Source of the DNA: a bacterium
GTDB taxonomy: Bacteria > UBA9089 > CG2-30-40-21 > SBAY01
NCBI GenBank assembly: GCA_040754115.1
Contig: JBFMDD010000018.1
Location: 1-45,484 of the forward strand
Length of the DNA stretch: 45,484 nt
Direction: 5' to 3'
A program made the translations under genes and the position numbers. Numbering within the stretch: position 1 is the stretch's first letter; each line of letters opens with the position of its first letter. Below, one piece after another: positions 42,643 to 45,484 of the stretch. The notes beneath the pieces are model-generated. The model searched no databases and was not told the origin of the DNA. It was given only the letters and a program-made list of their open reading frames with translations.

Positions 42643-42811
42643 TGTCCTGTTGAAGAAATTCTGCACTATTTTCAAAGATTATCACCCCTAATCAGATATA
42701 GGTGGTGGGTGATTGGTAATAGGTAATATCCCTACTACCTATAACCCATCACCTAAAACCTATTTCGAGCTCTATAACACGATACTGGTGCAAAACTTAG
42801 TCAACACGACA
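42643..42811 (+). mobile_element. MITE family D-like, copy 2 (169 bp), termini TGTCCTGTTGA / TCAACACGACA, flanked by CTAG
   Basis: CTAG at 42639-42642 and 42812-42815. It has an imperfect TIR (10/13) and an internal hairpin built from GGTGATTGGTAATAGG / CCTATAACCCATCACC-type arms. Confidence 0.6.
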
Positions 42812-43027
42812 CTAGATCTATCACCAATAAGGAATTTGTGCATACCCAAAAAATAGACAAATACTTCTCAGCAATTCTTCATAAGTTGTTTAACATCAGG
42901 CAAAAAGGTGATTATAAAGAATATGTTGAAATTACAGTTGATGATGCAAAGGAGTATGTCGGATTGGCAAGAGAATTTTTGCAGGGGATAAAAGAGTTTA
43001 TCCAGAAAATAGAGTGTTAAAAAATAC

Positions 43028-43056
43028 TTTACAAACCAGAAGATTTTGAGTATACT
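43028..43056 (+). promoter_or_regulatory. Second copy of the TTTACA - 17 nt - TATACT promoter
   Basis: -35 at 43028-43033 and -10 at 43051-43056. The surrounding ~40 bp are near-identical to 41905-41940. Confidence 0.5.
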
Positions 43057-43070
43057 GATTGAGGTTAATT

Positions 43071-43196
43071 ATGAATTATTTTAAGGCGGTATTTTGGGAT
43101 TATCCTCAATTTAGTGATGAAATGGTGCTAAAAGAACATCTTGATAAGAAGAAGTCTCATTTATATCCCTGGATACTATACCACGAATTTTCTTAG
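43071..43196 (+). CDS. 41-aa ORF (MNYFKAVFWDYPQFSDEMVLKEHL...), probably a truncated remnant
   Basis: ATG 15 nt after the duplicated promoter. Its 5' DNA is homologous to the region just upstream of and into the first MNT gene (41954-41990). Function unknown. Confidence 0.25.
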   Translation: MNYFKAVFWDYPQFSDEMVLKEHLDKKKSHLYPWILYHEFS

Positions 43197-43272
43197 AGAA
43201 GTAGCTAATTGAACCAAGATGGGTGAAGGAAAAGGAAGGTCTGAGAATTTTTACGAAGGAGGTGTTAAGATA

Positions 43273-43521
43273 ATGTCTATTGTAGACGAATATACTACTC
43301 AACTTTTAGAAGAAATGAAAGGGCTTCCAACGGCGAAGGTAAAGGAGATACTCGATTTTACCTGTTTTATTAAGGCGAAAGAGGCGATTGATCCCACTCA
43401 GGCATATTTCTGGAGCAAGAAATGGCAAGAAATGGAGAAGGAGGCTGATGAGGATAGGGAAGCTGGGAGAATAATTGGAGATGGGACAACTGAAGGACTC
43501 CTAAAGGACCTCAAAAGATGA
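43273..43521 (+). CDS. Antitoxin (DUF2281-like) of a RelE/ParE-type module
   Basis: MSIVDEYTTQLLEEMKGLPTAKVKEILDFTCFIKAKE... AGGAGG RBS about 10 nt upstream of ATG 43273. The stop overlaps the toxin start (ATGA). Confidence 0.65.
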   Translation: MSIVDEYTTQLLEEMKGLPTAKVKEILDFTCFIKAKEAIDPTQAYFWSKKWQEMEKEADEDREAGRIIGDGTTEGLLKDLKR

Positions 43522-43778
43522 AGGTTAAAGCATACAAAAGATTCCAAAGAGCATACCAGAATTTGCCTGATGAGATTCAAAAGAAAGCTGATAGACAAAT
43601 AACTTTTCTTGCAAAAGACTTGCTCCATCCATCTCTTCATTCAAAGAAGATTAAAGGAAAAGAGAATATCTGGGAAGCACGAGTTGACCTACATCATCGG
43701 ATGACTTTTGAGATTATTGAGGATACAATCTATCTGAGAGTGGTTGGGAACCATGATGAAGTTTTGAAGTTCCCATGA
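43518..43778 (+). CDS. RelE/ParE-superfamily toxin
   Basis: 86 aa: MKVKAYKRFQRAYQNLPDEIQKKADRQITFLAKDLLHPSLHSKKIKGKENIWEARVDLHHRMTFEIIEDTIYLRVVGNHDEVLKFP. The length and pattern fit RelE/ParE-type toxins. Confidence 0.7.
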   Translation: MKVKAYKRFQRAYQNLPDEIQKKADRQITFLAKDLLHPSLHSKKIKGKENIWEARVDLHHRMTFEIIEDTIYLRVVGNHDEVLKFP

Positions 43779-43829
43779 TGAATGAAGATTCGAAATCTCT
43801 GGAAAGGCATTTTCCCTGGGAGACTATAA

Positions 43830-43877
43830 ATGCAAGCAAAAGATTATGAAATAGCAAAAGAACTGAAAGAACCTTAG
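43830..43877 (+). pseudogene. Remnant of an MNT paralogue N-terminus
   Basis: MQAKDYEIAKELKEP-stop matches KQARDYEIAKKLKEGL of the 41968 MNT at both the DNA and protein level. Confidence 0.55.
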
Positions 43878-43993
43878 ATAGTATTAAGTATAGAGTGGAT
43901 GAATGGTGAAAAAAGTGGAATATTGGAAGAAAAAGCTCAAACAGATTCTGAAAAATGCATAGAGAATATTTTAGGCAGAAGAGGGAAAAGAAA

Positions 43994-44461
43994 ATGGATT
44001 TTAGGTTAAAAGATTTTGTAAGAGGTCTAAAGGAAGGTTTTGGTGAAAGCTTATCAGGGGTTATATTGTATGGTTCAAGGGCAAGAGGAGAGGCAGTTGC
44101 AAGTAGTGATTATGATGTATTTATTTTGATAGATGGCTCTTTGCCTAAAAGCCCTTTTAAAAGAAGTAAGTTGATAATGAGCAAGATTAAGGATAGGAAG
44201 AATATAAATTTCATACTAAGGACAAAAGCGGAGTTTGAAACCTCCTTCCCCTCTCTATACTTAGACTTGGCATTGGATGGAAAAGTCTTATTTGATAAAA
44301 AAGACTATGTAAAATGCAAACTTGAAAGAATAAAGGAACTGCTGAGAGAAGCAGGACTGGTGCGGGAGAAGCGAAGTTATGGATTTGGCTGGTATTGGAA
44401 GAAGGTTCCTGTAAAATTCCCATGGAAAATAGATTGGGAGGGTGTAGATGCAATCTTTTGA
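43994..44461 (+). CDS. Nucleotidyltransferase-domain protein (second MNT-type antitoxin)
   Basis: GVILYGSRARGEAVASSDYDVFILID NTase motif. I prefer ATG 43994 (RBS GAGGGAAAAG) over 43955. Confidence 0.75.
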   Translation: MDFRLKDFVRGLKEGFGESLSGVILYGSRARGEAVASSDYDVFILIDGSLPKSPFKRSKLIMSKIKDRKNINFILRTKAEFETSFPSLYLDLALDGKVLFDKKDYVKCKLERIKELLREAGLVREKRSYGFGWYWKKVPVKFPWKIDWEGVDAIF

Positions 44462-44536
44462 AGATGCAGACTAAAGTTATCTGAAGGATTCATAAAATAG
44501 GGAGATGAACATCTGAAATTAGGATTTTATAGGTCT

Positions 44537-44878
44537 GTGGTTGATAATTCCCAGCTTGCAGTCGAAAATTCAATAAAAGCCCTGATCTCCTTCTTTAGAC
44601 CTATTCCAAAGATTCATAAGTTTGAAGAAGTGATTGATGAGTTAATAAAAGAGGCAAGGCTTGAGGCGGAAGATGTAAAAAAGATAGAACGTCTAAAAGA
44701 GATTGGTAGTATCCTAGGTTTTGAAGAACATATTAAAACAGACTATGGAGATGAACTGGAGAAGATAACTCCATGGGAGCTCTTTGATAAGGAGGATGCA
44801 GATGAGTCTCTAAAGGCTGCAAAAGAGGCCTTTGCCATATCAAAGTTACTCATTGAAAAGATGAAGAAAAACAAGTAG
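44537..44878 (+). CDS. HEPN-domain protein, apparently N-terminally degraded
   Basis: VVDNSQLAVENSIKALISFF... helical HEPN-like sequence. Upstream in the same frame, (R)CRLKLSEGFIK-TAG(44498-44500)-GDEHLKLGFYRS continues the HEPN N-terminus. A possible ATG (44448) is in another frame. Confidence 0.5.
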   Translation: MVDNSQLAVENSIKALISFFRPIPKIHKFEEVIDELIKEARLEAEDVKKIERLKEIGSILGFEEHIKTDYGDELEKITPWELFDKEDADESLKAAKEAFAISKLLIEKMKKNK

Positions 44879-44880
44879 AT

Positions 44881-44992
44881 GAAGCAGTCTGGAAGTTTGG
44901 TGTTGGAGCGAAGGATGCAGGTAGTTATGGCTACTTGAGGGTGAAAATATATTGTAGTTGGAACTCATAATGAGATCTTGAAGTTTCCATGA
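44881..44992 (+). pseudogene. Frameshifted remnant of a second RelE/ParE-type toxin gene
   Basis: IVVGTHNEILKFP-stop (44951-44992) parallels LRVVGNHDEVLKFP-stop of the 43518 toxin. The upstream ..AVWKFGVGAKDAGSYGYLRV is in a different frame. Confidence 0.45.
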
Positions 44993-45030
44993 TAAAGATT
45001 CAGATTGAATCAAGGTGGGTGAGAGGGAAA

Positions 45031-45091
45031 TTCGTATTATATAACTACGAAATCCTATAAAAACAGTTGTTTCGTAATATAATGATACGAA
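45031..45091. promoter_or_regulatory. Two copies of the palindrome TTCGTA-N9-TACGAA, 40 bp apart; operator-like sites
   Basis: Copies at 45031-45051 and 45071-45091, read directly. A related GAAATTCGTGTTA occurs at about 45398. Confidence 0.4.
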
Positions 45092-45267
45092 GGGGAGGAA
45101 TATAACCAAATTGGAGAATGGACTAAAGATCAAAGCTCCAGGTTGAGTCGAGGCATGTAAGAGAAGAGGGGACTGCGGGTTTTTGAAAGGGAATTCTTGG
45201 AGGGATTTTTATGATTGAGGCAATAAGAAATAGAAGGGATTTTGTTTCAGGAAGGGATGAGATGTTA

Positions 45268-45371
45268 ATGGCAAACCAAAATTGACCCACTTTTGGCAAT
45301 GGAAATTGACCCACCCATGTAAAAAATCAGATCAAAAATGAACAAATTTGGCAATGAAAATTGACCCACCC
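45268..45371 (+). repeat. Three direct copies of a ~23-bp motif (..GGCAA..RAAATTGACCCAC..)
   Basis: Copies at 45268-45290 (ATGGCAAACCAAAATTGACCCAC), 45292-45316 (TTTGGCAATGGAAATTGACCCACCC) and 45347-45371 (TTTGGCAATGAAAATTGACCCACCC). Confidence 0.7.
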
Positions 45372-45484
45372 CCGGATATAAAGATTGAAATTCGTGTTAC
45401 AAATATAGTATAGTGTCTTTCGGTGCGGAAAAAGCAGTCTGATAAAATTCAATCCGCAAAAAGGAGGAAAAACACTATGCTAAA

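Larger units (their letters stand above)
42304..43020 (+). pseudogene. HEPN-domain toxin gene split by two tandem MITE insertions
   Basis: 5' part MTDKEILFSYRLRQAEETLHDAEKMLLGDFTP (42304-42399). 3' part RSITNKEFVHTQKIDKYFSAILHKLFNIRQKGDYKEYVEITVDDAKEYV...(to 43020). The RQKGDY-type motif is typical of MNT-associated HEPN proteins. Confidence 0.7.

Noticed and set aside
1-45484. tRNA, rRNA, tmRNA, RNase P, transposase, integrase and cas genes
   Set aside because: No T-loop/acceptor-like GGTTCGAATCC-type motifs in a plausible cloverleaf context, no rRNA-like conserved blocks, and no ORF with DDE, tyrosine or serine recombinase or Cas motifs were seen. The absence is by eye only.

Overview
AT-rich bacterial chromosomal segment (low G+C by eye, not computed) using the standard genetic code. 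TGA terminates several intact genes and is absent from the long ORFs. All domain calls come from motif recognition in the supplied translations; no HMM or BLAST search was possible.

I count about 35 credible protein genes:
- Housekeeping singletons: hisA, hisI, trpE, purE, rpsU, a HIT protein, a galT-like gene, an NDP-sugar dehydrogenase, a UDPGP-like gene and a YfhO-like membrane protein.
- Signalling genes: a CheB / REC-GAF-GGDEF / CheR-TPR trio with no MCP, CheA or CheW; two GAF histidine kinases; and an HD-GYP protein.
- A roughly 2,170-aa secreted protein with two beta-propellers and about 12 FN3 domains, followed by a 60-aa twin-arginine mini-ORF and two radical-SAM genes.
- Decaying toxin-antitoxin loci: PIN, ORF6N, DUF6516-like, two MNT/HEPN pairs and RelE-type genes plus remnants.

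Most unusual observations:
1. One uninterrupted 779-aa ORF fuses a PocR-like sensor, a degenerate GGDEF domain and a complete KAS II (FabF-type) condensing enzyme. It sits in an apparent operon with a 7TM-GAF hybrid histidine kinase.
2. Almost every intergenic gap is filled with MITE-like elements of at least four families. They are built around heptanucleotide tandem repeats that form long hairpins.
3. The same kind of heptamer array also lies in frame inside trpE, inside the yfhO-like gene, and at the 3' end of a radical-SAM gene.
4. MITEs interrupt an ORF6N gene (perfect 8-bp TSD) and a HEPN gene (CTAG-flanked tandem pair). They also supply the stop codon of cheR and the start codon of the next gene.

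No rRNA, tRNA, CRISPR array or transposase gene was seen.
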